From Squalus acanthias (Eukaryota), in assembly GCA_030390025.1 (NCBI GenBank), contig CM059429.1:102610001-102674000 (forward strand): a DNA stretch of 64,000 nt, written 5' to 3'. Positions within the stretch are counted from its first letter, which is position 1. Each line of letters opens with the position of its first letter. The notes below the pieces were generated by a model. It was given only the letters and a program-made list of their open reading frames with translations. It did not search any database and was not told where the DNA came from. The translations under genes were made by a program, and so were the position numbers. Positions 1-12,167 of this stretch are shown here, piece by piece.

Positions 1-1279
1 ATAACTACTAAAATTTAAAAGTAAATATCCACAGAAAACTGATGGAAACAAACTTTGTTAATATTTCTCCTCGTATGTAATATGAAGTGGTATATATTGC
101 TAGGTTAATGTTAGTTTTTTTTTAAAGAATGCTGTATACTAAAAATGGTTTAATTACAAAACAGAAAAATAAGAATGGATTTCACATAAGTCCTATCAGA
201 ATGGCTGTTACTGGAATTCATCACAGGTAGCTGTCCAGGTTAACGGTGTGCAAAGATATTACTGCAGCATTTTTTTCCTAATAATAAAACTGTGTTAGAT
301 ACTGGAATTTGAAAAAAAATCACAAAAACAAAATCTACAAGCATTAGCTTTTGCATATCTTAGTCTTATGAGTATGTTTCGTAAAGGAAGATTGTGACAC
401 CTAAAAAATCAGCAATTTTGTTGTCTTTGAAAAACACTGCAGCAGAAGTGAGGCCATCTCCTCCAGAACTGTAAAATAGGGTTTACTAGATTTGATTATC
501 CACTTGTCCCTATCAAGAATGAATTAGAACTACATAATGAGTGGTGTTGTTTAACTTAAACCATAATAAGTATTCTAAAATTAAACTGCTTGTAATTAAT
601 ATGATAAAAGAATGGTTAACATATTAGATTATATTTACTATTTGCATATTAGCAACACTGAAAATACTCATTTCAGGTAGGGTATATAAAAAAGCAGGTA
701 TGATTAAACTATCTAGAATCTTTTAGACTTACTAATGAAATTATAAAATAAAGAAGGCCATGGTCTACGGTAATAAATCAGCAGATTACTGTGTATGGAA
801 AATGCAAGGGCTCCATTGCAAGACCATTATACATGTGGGAAGTAGCTGCTTGGATTCCAAAAGTTGGCTTCCTTCTGTTTCTGCTAACTTTCTGAGTGTT
901 TTTTCCCCCGTTGTTAACCTGGTTTATAATGCACACTGCAGTTGTGCAGCAAATTTAGTCCATAAATGGAAAAAGAAAATTGGGCCAAAAGACTAATGGC
1001 TATAAGAATGCAGTGTTTTTTTCCAATTACAATTCAAGATGGAAAAATACTGTTAAATCGAGCACTCTTTCCCAGCGTCGTCTTATGAACTGAGAAATGA
1101 TCTGTAATACAGGAATTAATACAAACTGCTCACTGAAGATGTTCAGTTTTGTACTTAACACTTGCACATCTGCTTGTTAGTGGACGCACATCTGCACTGC
1201 ACAGCAGGCTATAGATTTGTCACAGCTGCTAGGTTTTCTGTTGAATGGCTCTGTTGGTAAATGTTGGACTGTATTGTTC

Positions 1280-1432
1280 TTATGTGTAAGAATTCAGTCG
1301 TTCTTTTGATCGGGAGGCATGGATATCATGGAGTTCCTGCTCTTCCTTCGTTTTGAGATCCTGGTATATTTGCATTTTGCATGCGTCCTTCAGATACGCC
1401 CAGTTTGCAGACAAAATCATGAGGAAATGGAT
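1280..1432 (-). CDS. gpm6b: gpm6b distal alternative terminal exon (long, GPM6A-like C-terminus)
   Basis: ctcttccag|ATC CAT TTC CTC ATG...ACA TAA encoding IHFLMILSANWAYLKDACKMQIYQDLKTKEEQELHDIHASRSKERLNSYT*. It matches the long C-terminus of tetrapod GPM6B isoforms, and its phase 0 fits the 10056 donor. Confidence 0.94.
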   Translation of the reverse strand: MHFLMILSANWAYLKDACKMQIYQDLKTKEEQELHDIHASRSKERLNSYT

Positions 1433-1949
1433 CTGGAAGAGAAGGGTGAGGAGGATGGCTAGTGAGCATGTCAAGATGCATAGCATGCTGCTAGTCAGAT
1501 TACTCCGAGCTCCGTTAATTAAGACAAGGTTACAGTAAAGGGTAACACTAAGGATTGTGTCATTCTGGATAGTAAGACAACCCAGATGTTATTTGGGGGT
1601 CACACAAAGACACAGCTGTGAACACAATGAAAGCATTGATATGAAAGCTAATTCATGAAGCACTCTTGAAAACTAGTGTTTCATGGAAAATTGTCCATGT
1701 CCTCTACGTCCTGAAAACATTTGAAAATCATGAGCCTTTGGTCAAAGCTATCAACCACATCTTATAAAACTACATTCAGCATTATCTTTAATTTTTTTTT
1801 GCAGATATAATTTTCTTGGTATGTATGCAACAATCTAAACCTCTAGGAAGCTTAAGATGCTGTTTTCATGAATGTGAGTCCTAGTTATCGTAGGATAACA
1901 TTTATCAAAAACGTGGATATAAAAGTGCCTGAATGCAAAATAAAATGTA

Positions 1950-2343
1950 CAGGAAACTCTTTATTAACCGGCACCGACGGGACCGGCGTGGTGCCGGTTT
2001 ATCGAAAGTACCGGATAACGGAGAGTTATATCTACCGAGGCTATTTTTAACAAAGAAAAATAAATAAATCAAGAAATGTGCAGTATACTTCCGACAGCGC
2101 CAGGAGGCCGAGTAGTGGCACTTTTGAAAACTACCCCTACTGACTAAATCGGCGTTCGCGGACTCGGACTCGGCAACATTGCCGGTTATTTGAGAGGAGT
2201 TTTCGGAGTACTCGGCGTTCGTGGAGACTCGACTGCGACTCGGCAACATTGCCGGTTATTTGAGAGGAGTTTTCGGAGGATGATTTTTGCCGGTTAAGCG
2301 AGAATTCCGGATATTTGGGTGCCGGATAAACAAAAGTTTCCTG
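1950..2343. mobile_element. Tc1/mariner (pogo/Tigger-like) MITE, copy 1
   Basis: TA|CAGGAAACTCTTTATTAACCGGCACC ... GGTGCCGGATAAACAAAAGTTTCCTG|TA: terminal inverted repeats with a TA target duplication. Internal ~65-bp tandem duplication at about 2149-2278. Confidence 0.85.
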
Positions 2344-5300
2344 TATATATGTGCAGATTAAACAGTGCTGCATTTTCCTTTCATTTGAAATTTATAAATA
2401 ACCGAAGTGCTACAGGGAGGATGTATTTGAATCTGCATCAGTGACTGCAAGCTAGAGCCCAATAGTTACATTGTAGCATTGTTATAGTTACAAAAATTAT
2501 CCCAGCTAATTAAGCCTTGGCAAGAATGACTATGCCTCAGTCTCTTAAAATACCCCTAATGGAAAATTAACCAAGTAAGTTGGCTTAAAGAAAGTAAGCA
2601 CCGCTGGATAGCTAAAAAACAGAAATTAATTTAACCAGATTTCCATTACATTCTCTTTTACTTGTTCTTTTTCTTTTCAATGTTAATTAAATTTTCTCTA
2701 ATTATCATTCATGGTTGAGGCTATTATGTTAAATTCTAAGTTTTCATATCTTTTCCCACTCCAAATCACCTCTGCAAAAATACCTTTAGAAAGTAAAATT
2801 GAAGAAATAGGCAAAACTACATATTGTTTTGATATTTATTTCATTGATCAAACATAAAAATAAATGTGGTTGTGAAATGGAGTGGCTACTCTACCCAGCA
2901 GTCTCGGAAGACTGTCAAGAAGCATATTTAAATAGCTGGAGCCATGGTCTACATTAATACAAGCTGTTCATTCATCAGAGAATTGAATAAAGAGAAACTG
3001 ACAGCAAGATTTAAAAAAGACCAAAATAGAGGGGGACAGGCTGGAAGACCGAGTGGCAGAGAAGAGAAAAAAAAAGTTGTTGAGTGGCTTCAAAGATAGT
3101 GCAACTCTTCAAGAGTGATGGTGAATAAATGGAGATCGGAAAGAGAAAAGGGCAGGGTTACACAAGTGTTCCAAAGTAGTGGCATGAGATTTGTAAAACT
3201 AATGCTGTGGAAACTCAAACATGTACTATAAATTCCATTTCTATAGCCAGAATATTAGATGTTCAAAAATAGACCAAATTAATTGGAGTTCCAGTGTAAT
3301 CATTACCTCAAAATCATTAGTATTCTTAGGATTTTTATTTGGCCAGACATGGATACTAACTCACGACTGTACCTTCTAACAAGTTCTCCATCGGACTTGG
3401 CTACATAACTGGAAACTCTCATCTGGTTAGCATAGTCTGTGGATTGAGTGTCTGACCAATGAGTAGAGCCTCTTGTGTAATATTTGTGTGAATAAAGTCC
3501 AGTTGGCCTACCACCACTGCCAAAGTGAGCCAGGACTGGTAACTCATACCTTTGCTAACTACATTAAGCTGCGTAGAGTTCAGTCCAACTCATCTAAATT
3601 ACACTCTCTAACACCTCTCAGACTGGTGTAAAAGCTTCATTGCTATGTAGCTAAAAAAATATAACCAATGTCTGATAAGAACTACCTTGTCCAGATCTTG
3701 AGCAAGAAACTGAAGGGATATTGATACTGGGTCACTCAAAGGAAAAGACAGTGATGTGGAAGAGGACGGACTATTCTTGGGGATATTGGGAGAGGGAAAA
3801 TGAGATGGTTGACAGAGAAAAGAGCAAATGAATTGGGCAAGCAATTACTGGCAACCAAATGATGGTAAATCATAACTTGTCTCAGATTTACTTGAAAATA
3901 TTAGTTAATATACATTTTCTCAATGTGAACTGCAAACATCTAGTCACATTCCCAATATTGTAGATTATATAGTTGATAATTTAACATGCTTTGCTATATA
4001 TTCCTACACTTTCAAAATATGTACAGGATTATTTTCCCGTCAAAGATGTGTATTATAAGGGGCAAAGCTGTATAAATGTGAAGCAGAATTACTGAAAGCT
4101 TATCTGAAATATCCTTTAGAAGTAGCTTTTTTGCTAAATGGATTTTAAAACTTTGCAATTCTGAGCAGTACTAAAGGCTTTAGCATCAGAGGGGTAGATT
4201 CAGAGAGCCCCAGTCTGAATCCCAGTTTTGATTGTTATTCAAAATTAATTGTCCTCAATGGGCTAGTTAAGCTACAGCTTGCTGGGCTGCTGGAATTGTA
4301 GGAAAGCAAAAAATAACAAGCACAACCTATCTATCATCTGTGTCCCTTGTTGGCTGATGATTGTGCAGCAGAAGCTGTAAAGAAGTTTATTGGTCAGTTG
4401 TTTGCCCCCTCCCAACTGAAGAAGGTGGGCTGGTGAAATCAAACTGGGGAGGGGATAAACAATAAAAGGAACACAGTGTAATTCCTAAAAGCATAACTGC
4501 ACTGAAGAATGATGAAAATCACGAAAAGGCAGCGATTTTGTAAAGAAAGCATGTTTATTTTGAGTATATGAAGAAAAAGATGACTGAAAGTCAATAAAGT
4601 GTCTATACATACAATTTCAAAATACTGTATTAAGAAAATTAAATAATGCCGAAATGTGGGAATTTTTGTAACAAAAGATGACTAAAAACAAGCATAAAGC
4701 ATGCAGTTTTGAGGTTAACAAATATTATAATGGCACATTTGAAGATTTTTAAAAAATGGCTGGCAAAGGCAAGTGTTACATTTAATTAACAAGATACAAT
4801 TAACTAACCCTTGGCTGCCAACACTGTAACTGGGGGGGAAAAAAATCTGTTAGTATTTAATGCAGTCACTCTTTTAATCTCTTACTAAGCCTCAAACTGG
4901 TGCATTCCCAGCATCACAGAGAACCCTACTCATGGGGGGGGGATTTGGGGGTCGGGGGGCAGGAGGGGTAGGAGACAACCTACATTCCAATCACTTCTTA
5001 AACCAAGCAACCTATTTCTCACCATCTCTTGTGTTCCAACAACTGAAGTATCATTGCCATGTGTAAGGTGCAAGATCTGGCTATTTAAGGAGAAGATTTC
5101 TCAGGACCAAGGCTGCTCTATTTGTGTTCAGTTAGTCATTTACCAAATTTAGACAGATGTTTCTTGATGTACAAGTACCTTTAAAAGCAATAAAGTTGCT
5201 CTCCTGTTCAATTATTTATTGATAACTCATTCTATAAAGAACTTACTGTACGCTTTCCCTTTTAGAACATCGAAATGTAATTCTTAAAGCTGTTCTGTCA

Positions 5301-6937
5301 CAGAACATAAAGCACCTCCCCAGGTAATTTTGTTTTTAAAAAGGAAGTTAATAATCAGTTCTTGTAATGTTAGTCTTTGTTATATATTTCCATAACATGG
5401 AACCTTTGCAGATAATATTCCACAAAAATGAACAAGTTAGAAAACTTAGTTGGGTGCAAAATGTCAATCAATGCAAGCTTTTAAACAGAAATTTGCTTTT
5501 ACAAATGATGCATTCATAGTTTCCTACGTGCCCTTGATTGTCTCCCCAGTGAATCTTGCAAAACAGTAGAAAAAGTAGCACAGAGCTGCATGCATATGCC
5601 GTTTGTAGATGTTTATTGCAGTGCTCCATTCATAGTGCTCCATTAATGTTGCAAACATAATAGTTACTTTAACCATGGCACAAATGTACTTGGTTTCCAG
5701 TACCAGCAACATTTAAATTGGGCCCACTACTTTCAGCCTGATTTAAAAATTTAAAAGATTTATCCAAGAGTACATTGCATCCTAAACCAGAATTTATAGT
5801 TGTTTGAAACGCAAAAAAAAATTAAGTACATTTAGAAAAATGTGTGCTTTGTAACAAATGGAATTTATAGAGAGGCAATTTGCTGAGTGGCCTTTGTGCT
5901 ACTTTTATTGAGTTGGGCACTCTTGATAGTCAAATATGGGAGAAGAGGGGCATATGATTTCAACTAGTTATGGTATTCTAGTCTGACCAGGCAATTTGAT
6001 TTGTTTGAAATCATCAGCCACCTGAATTTCCAAAGCAGCCCAACTGTTTACAGTGTAGGTTCAACTTGGTAGTCTTGTGGCAAACACACTAATGGCTACA
6101 ATTCAGACAAACCTCACTATTACAAACTTGCAGCACCAGCCAAAAGTAGATCTGAGTGAGTTCTGAGCAGCTAGCTCTGCTAACTGAAGTGGAGTTAGAG
6201 CCAGACTACGGAAAAGGTTTGATATAACCCGATTTGTTCCAGTAAGGTTCTATTGTAGTGTTTAACGGATAGGAATTGACTTTTGGACTTTCTTTTTGGC
6301 TTTATTACCAATAGTTGTGACATTTTCTCTTTGCATCAAAACATCTATGCATGTTAACTATTTTGTGTTGATTACAACTAGTAATCAATCGATAACTAAA
6401 ACAAGCATAAACCTGCAATAGCATAATGTGTGAGCAAATGAATAATTTGGAACCAGCCAATGATATATAATCTTTTCCTATCAACTGAGTTACACTGGTG
6501 CTTCAGCAGGTCAAGTTATGCAATGTTATTGTCATGTAGCAGTCTTGACTGGCTCCGTGCAGGCTGGTACTGAATAGTAATACAGTACATACTATGCAAT
6601 GTTGTCTAGCTCAACTCAAACTTCTAAAATATGGCTTACAATTGGCCTTTATTAAAAATGAACCATTAACACACTAGTTTTAAACCTTACTTTTGAACTT
6701 CTCTCTTAGCGTGGTGCTCCAAATGTTTGGAAGTCTTAAACTATAATGATGGTTTCTCTTGGTATGCATCATGACAGGCTTTGATGTGAACTTTTTTTAT
6801 TAGCTTTCACCTCTTTAAAATTACCGTTGATATAGAACCGCATGGAACTATCATCTGATACTTGGTTCTGGTTTTAACGTTTTTATTCTTCGTATTTTAT
6901 GTTTGTTCTCATATGGGAGATCCTTAGTGTAGGCCTG

Positions 6938-7051
6938 ACCTGAAACATTAACTCTTTCTCTCTCCACAGATGCTGCCTGACCTGCTGAGTATTTCCAGCA
7001 TTTTCTGTTTTTATTTCAGATTTCCAGCAGCCACAGTATTTTGCATTTGTA
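6938..7051 (+). mobile_element. Penelope-like pseudo-LTR fragment (5'-truncated)
   Basis: cctgaaacattaactct...ctccacagatgctgcctgacctgctgagtatttccagcattttctgtttttatttcagatttccagca, the same family as the 33371 and 39320 copies. Flanked by an imperfect duplication ttagtgtaggcctg / ttagtattggcctg. Confidence 0.7.
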
Positions 7052-7512
7052 TTAGTATTGGCCTGTTGGCTATACAGCAGGCAGTTAATTTATTAAATAA
7101 CGTAGAAGAGCAATTAGTGGCCTCTTAGTTCACATCTGAGGTTAGTATTGATGGCAGACTTATTGCTGGATCTCAGGACAGTACAATTAGGGCCAGGAAC
7201 TGGAACAGCCATTTGTTTTGTTTCTTTTGCTCAATATAATTCAGCCATTGGTGACATTCTCTGTATTGACCCCATATTAGGAAACAAAAATAGCCAGACC
7301 GTACATCTTAATGGCAGTCATGTTAGTTCAAATAAGATACTAAAAAGAGTGCTTTAAGTGTGTCGATACTATATGATGCTTTCTTGTGCTATTTACAAAT
7401 TATTCATTTGCAAAATGCAGATTAATAAGTTCTGTTTTAGTCCATGGTGCCAGTGGTAGTTCAAGCTACTCAGTGCGGCTCGTAGAGCTCTGTATACTGC
7501 TTCTATAGCAAC

Positions 7513-7593
7513 TTAGAATTTTGTGCAGCAGTCTTCTCGACTCTTAAACTTCAAAACAGCAAAGTTATATGTGGTAGCCATCATGTAGATGAG
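7513..7593 (-). CDS. gpm6b: gpm6b proximal terminal exon (short, PLP/DM20-like C-terminus)
   Basis: ttctaccag|CTC ATC TAC ATG ATG...TAA encoding LIYMMATTYNFAVLKFKSREDCCTKF*. With an ATG-G first exon the product is 246 aa and, as I recall it, closely resembles shark DM-gamma. Confidence 0.95.
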   Translation of the reverse strand, partial: LIYMMATTYNFAVLKFKSREDCCTKF

Positions 7594-10055
7594 CTGGTAG
7601 AAGGAAACAGAACAAAGTGATAAGACAGTGTTCACCAACACCGGCACCCCAGGCACAACACTGCAAATCCGCATAAACTCCTCACAATACAGTTTGACAA
7701 CAAAAAAAAATCCATTCACATTGGCAGAAATAACTACAAACAAAATTGTGCCTTTCAATTAATATAACTTAAAAAATTTTTTTTTAAACTGTATACTGCA
7801 AGCCCCTAGCACAAAAAAGGGCTTTTACTGTAAAGCCGTACAAACTGCATTCATCAACAGCTACAAATGTAGGTCAAACACTATGTATAATCAGTTTAAC
7901 AGGTCGCAGTGACAGTACTGCAAGCACAGCCATCTAATTGTTCTTATAGTCCTGATGAGAGTCCCGCAATTAAGATTCTCAATGTGTATATTAAGCCCTA
8001 AAATAAATAATTTCCCCAATTAAACGAATTTGAAACAGAAATGCTGGATTAGCTGCAGCCCTTAGAACAGTGGATCCTAGACTCAAGACACCAAATTCAA
8101 ATCTCATGCTCCACCGATATTCATTCTCAGACTTCTGCTGAAAAAGGGTAGTTTTGGCAGTGGGTCAGAATGTCTGGGAGAAAAAGCCATGTGTAGAGAG
8201 TTACCCGGTGGTCCCTTTTCACAGCACTCAAAAGCATCCACAACGGGGTCAAAAGGAGTGAGAGTAGTACAGGTTGACCAGCTCAACCAAGTTGGAAAAG
8301 AAAAGGTATAAACAAAACTAGTAAAATATACATATCAAAAGAGTGGTTTAAGGCGGCTGTCAGTCCTACAGTTAGAGAGAGCCTGGCAGAAAACTTAAAC
8401 TGTGCAGTTTGCCCTTTTCTCATTGGATGTCTCCCTCTCTCTTCCCCCTCCTTCCACATAGGATAATGATGAGATTATCACTCCTGCTCCACGAGGTAGG
8501 CTTGATGCTGTAGGTGCTTATGTTTAGATGATCTCAGTGTCCCTTTAATTTTTGTTCACTGCGTGAATACCAGGGACTTTTCCTTCTGCTAAATGTTTGC
8601 CATGAATGTATTATTACAAAGTGTCATTTTTCAAAAAGATCCAATGAGGCTGACAGGCCAAAATTAACTTTATACTGCTACAGTTATGAAGAAAGTTGGT
8701 GATACTTTTTCAACACTGTAAAATAAGGAAAATCAATAGACCAATATATTGTAGTTAACTGCACAGTTTAGATCCAACTATCAAATTCTGATCGTGTTTA
8801 ATGAAACAACTGAACTTAGAACTTAAACTGTTTCTGGTGCAGCCACTCTGATTTTTTTCATTTTAACATTTCTTAAAAATAACTAGTGCTGTCACCTTTC
8901 TTTATCTTCCTGCTTCCCACCACTATTTTTTATCTTGTGTACTCAACTATATTATGGACTCATCAGGGGTAATTTTAATCTCCAGAATGGGCGTGTTAGA
9001 AACCCAGCAGCTGAAGGGAGGCAAGAAAGGCCGGATCCAACAGCTAAGTGCCTTTACAGCACTGCTTGTGGGCCAGAAGGAGCAGGAGTGCTTCTCCCCA
9101 GCCCCCCAAGCAAATCTATTTCCCACTCCACATGATCGGACATCCCCGTAATCTTGCCACGGCCCCCTCTCAACCCACGATCTCTCCTCCCACCTTTCCG
9201 CTCCCTGGCTGCGGCCTGCTACTGCAGGCCTTCCCGCCTAACGGGCAGCAAACAAAATCCCAAAATTTAAATTGGGTCCTGTCAAATTCAGCAGGGCCTC
9301 CAGGAAACCCGTGTTTCCCGGCCACTACACCTGCCTCCCCGTAAATATCAGAGGCAATCAAGTCCATGATTCAGAACATGAGAAGTTTGGAAGTGTGTGA
9401 ATGAGAATGAGTGGGAAAGTATGCAAGAGGAAGATTGTGACTGAGTATGGGGGTGAATTTCCTCAGGCTTTCTCCCACTCCAAGGAAATTCCTGGTGTAT
9501 GAGAGGAAGTTTGTGAACCTGTAGTATGTGAGACAAGGATTGTGAATATGTGAAAGTATCCAAGGAAGACTGGAATATGAGAGAGTATGAGTGTGTATGT
9601 GTGACAATGTACCATTTTGCTTGCACACTTCTCAGTTTTCTATAGGTGCACGCCCAAACCCCTAGAATAACCACCTACTCCTTCCGGAGTTCTTGCGGAG
9701 GTGTCCCAAACAGCTTGAGCTGGCCCTGTATATCAGTTTGGGTATTGTTTTAGGGACAATCCCAAATAGTCATCAATCTCCTTTCCCCCTCCAAAAAGCA
9801 TACTTCTTGCCCTTCCTAGAGTTTCCTTGACTCAGAGTATCCTGCATAGGTCCTTAACAAAACACAGTTTACTGAATGAAATGAAAAAAGCCATTACTGC
9901 AAGCAAGGACCTGTGCAGTGACCATTGCATCAAGCATTTCCAGACTGTAATGGAAAATCGTAAGGGGTCCCTGATTTGGAAAAGGATTAAACAGACTTTA
10001 AAACAGGAAATAATTTGTAAGAGTGCTCAGTCTAATTAGATTGCACCTCACTCAC

Positions 10056-10121
10056 CAGTGCAATGACAGTAGCACCAGCTCCAGCACAAGCTACGATGAA
10101 CAGATGATAGGACAAATCAAA
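10056..10121 (-). CDS. gpm6b: gpm6b internal coding exon (first half of TM4)
   Basis: ttttttccag|TTT GAT TTG...GCA CTG|gtgagt. 66 nt encoding FDLSYHLFIVACAGAGATVIAL. Confidence 0.96.
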
Positions 10122-10314
10122 CTGGAAAAAAAAGAAATAAAGTTAACCACATTTTCAGCTACTTCTTGGGCTATCACAAACATCTTTGCTCTTAAAATTA
10201 TTTTGAAAAATCAATGTTTAAATTGGCAAATGAGTTGCTGATATTTGAGCATATTTTTCCTGCACAATGTCTCACGCATACAGAAATATACTTTGTGTTC
10301 TCTAGTTAGGTTAC

Positions 10315-10388
10315 CTCGGATGTGTTGCAGATAGTGGTTAAGGTTGAGCCACAGGCTTTCCCAGGTGAGGCATTCCAGGGTATAATAC
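10315..10388 (-). CDS. gpm6b: gpm6b internal coding exon (second extracellular loop)
   Basis: ctttgtcag|GT ATT ATA CCC TGG AAT GCC...TCC GAG|gtaacc. 74 nt encoding (G)IIPWNASPGKACGSTLTTICNTSE, with the family PWNA.PGK.CG motif. Confidence 0.96.
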
Positions 10389-10725
10389 CTGACAAAGCAA
10401 CCAAAACAAAAGTCAAGTCACTAGTATCCTGTCATTTGAAATCCGATGATTTTCACATTGCCTAATAAACCTTTCTCTTGTTCTTATTTATGGAAAGACG
10501 GTAAAATAAAATTTTAAAAATCTGCCAAATAATGAACATTGGGTTGTTCTGCCATTTGGTTAAAAGTATAACATGCATTTTGTGTGATATATATAATCTC
10601 GGTCCTGCCTTGTTTTATTAGATAGTAAATTCAGCAGAAGATATGTAGAAACTTCAGCATAATATTTTTCTGACTCATTTACAAAGCACCTCAATTCTGA
10701 ATCAAGATGTTCTTTAAGCTGCAAT

Positions 10726-11413
10726 GGCCCTGAATTTGCGGTCAGCGGCGAAGCGACTCCACTCGCCGCTGATCTCGCAGAAAGCTGGCCACAAAGATGT
10801 AGTGACCTCTGTGGCATGAATTTCAGCTGCGCCAAATCAAACGAATCCTTAGCGTCCAGCAACAGTGATGTCATCAAGCTGGCTAAGCAGCCAATCGCAT
10901 TGAACAATTCTCAGACAGCAAACCAGAAAGTAAAATGCACATTCTAATTTTTTTTTTTTACAGAGAGCGAAATAAAGATCGAGATATACACATGATTAAG
11001 GTAGAAGCTGAAATATAAAGAATTTTTTTTTTTAATTATAGAGAAAAATTCTTTAATGGAAAAATTTGACATTCCACAAATATAAAATTAAGTTTTTCAA
11101 GGCCAGAACGGTTGTTCGACAGTCAGTACGCTGTTAAAAACCCACTTACACCTCTTTCAACAAGGCTTTAAGATTTACGTTTTTTTTTTAAAACAGCGAT
11201 ATTCCATTGTCCTTATGTGATTTCAACTGATTGCTGGCTCTGGGGAGTTCCACAGCGCAACCTGTGGCAGAGCAGTGAATGACTGACTGCAACTTCAGGA
11301 TTTCCACGTTTATCTGCACATGCGCTAAATCATGAAGTTGCGGTCAGTTTCAGAGGGGTAATGACGGCGAACGCTAACAATTTTGCCATCATTACCACCA
11401 CAAAATCCGGGCC
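10726..11413. mobile_element. PIF/Harbinger-like non-autonomous element
   Basis: Termini ggccctgaatttgcggt / accacaaaatccgggcc form an imperfect inverted repeat, flanked by aat / att. CpG-rich subterminal regions. Confidence 0.6.
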
Positions 11414-12167
11414 ATTATGTTAGCATATATTCTACTTAGCCAAAGAGGCGCAATGAAAGATCCAAATCAGGTTTATCCAAGGTTGATTCAAATTGCTGAG
11501 ATTTGCAGAAGCGTTGTAATCAGTCACACAAGATGTGTTGTTCTGCTCCATAGTAACCGGGTAAGTAATTGTATAATTTACAGTTCAATGTGGATTAGCA
11601 AAGAATTCAACACAAATGTGAATTTTTAACTGCTATGTAAACAGACCTTTTCAAAAGATCTGGTTTTAGTCTTGAGAGGAGATCTTGGACACAAACAATT
11701 GCAGGAAACCACTGTTAGCATCCATACTATTTTCAATGTCAAAAAGAAACCTTCAAAATCCTGGGAGGGGAGTTGAAGTAGTTCTGCCGCCAGCCCATGA
11801 ATGCTCGTACTGTTCCCACAGAAGACTGAGGTTCCAGACTAAACAAGCTATCTCTTCCAGTTTCAGCAGAGATCAGTTAGATAGAACCATAAGGCAAGGC
11901 TGCTCTGATCTTTCTGGTGTCATGCTGATCAGTGGCCAGGTTAATGCAACACTCAATAGCAAGGTCATGTCCAGAATGGGCATAGATGTTGGTGTTCTCT
12001 CAGGGCACCAACACATCTAGACCCTCCTGCCAGCTCCTTCTAATGCTTGCATGGGTGCCAGAAAGCACACAGGCTGAGGCTGCCTATGCAGTAGCAGAAG
12101 TGGCTCAGTACCTGCAGTAGGTCCACCTCGGACACAGCTAGGGTACAAAGCACCTCTGGTGCAGCCT

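Noticed and set aside
7952-7981. CTGATGAG followed by a hairpin, a possible intronic hammerhead
   Set aside because: There is no GAAA after the stem and no stem III or NUH, and the hairpin consumes the core bases.
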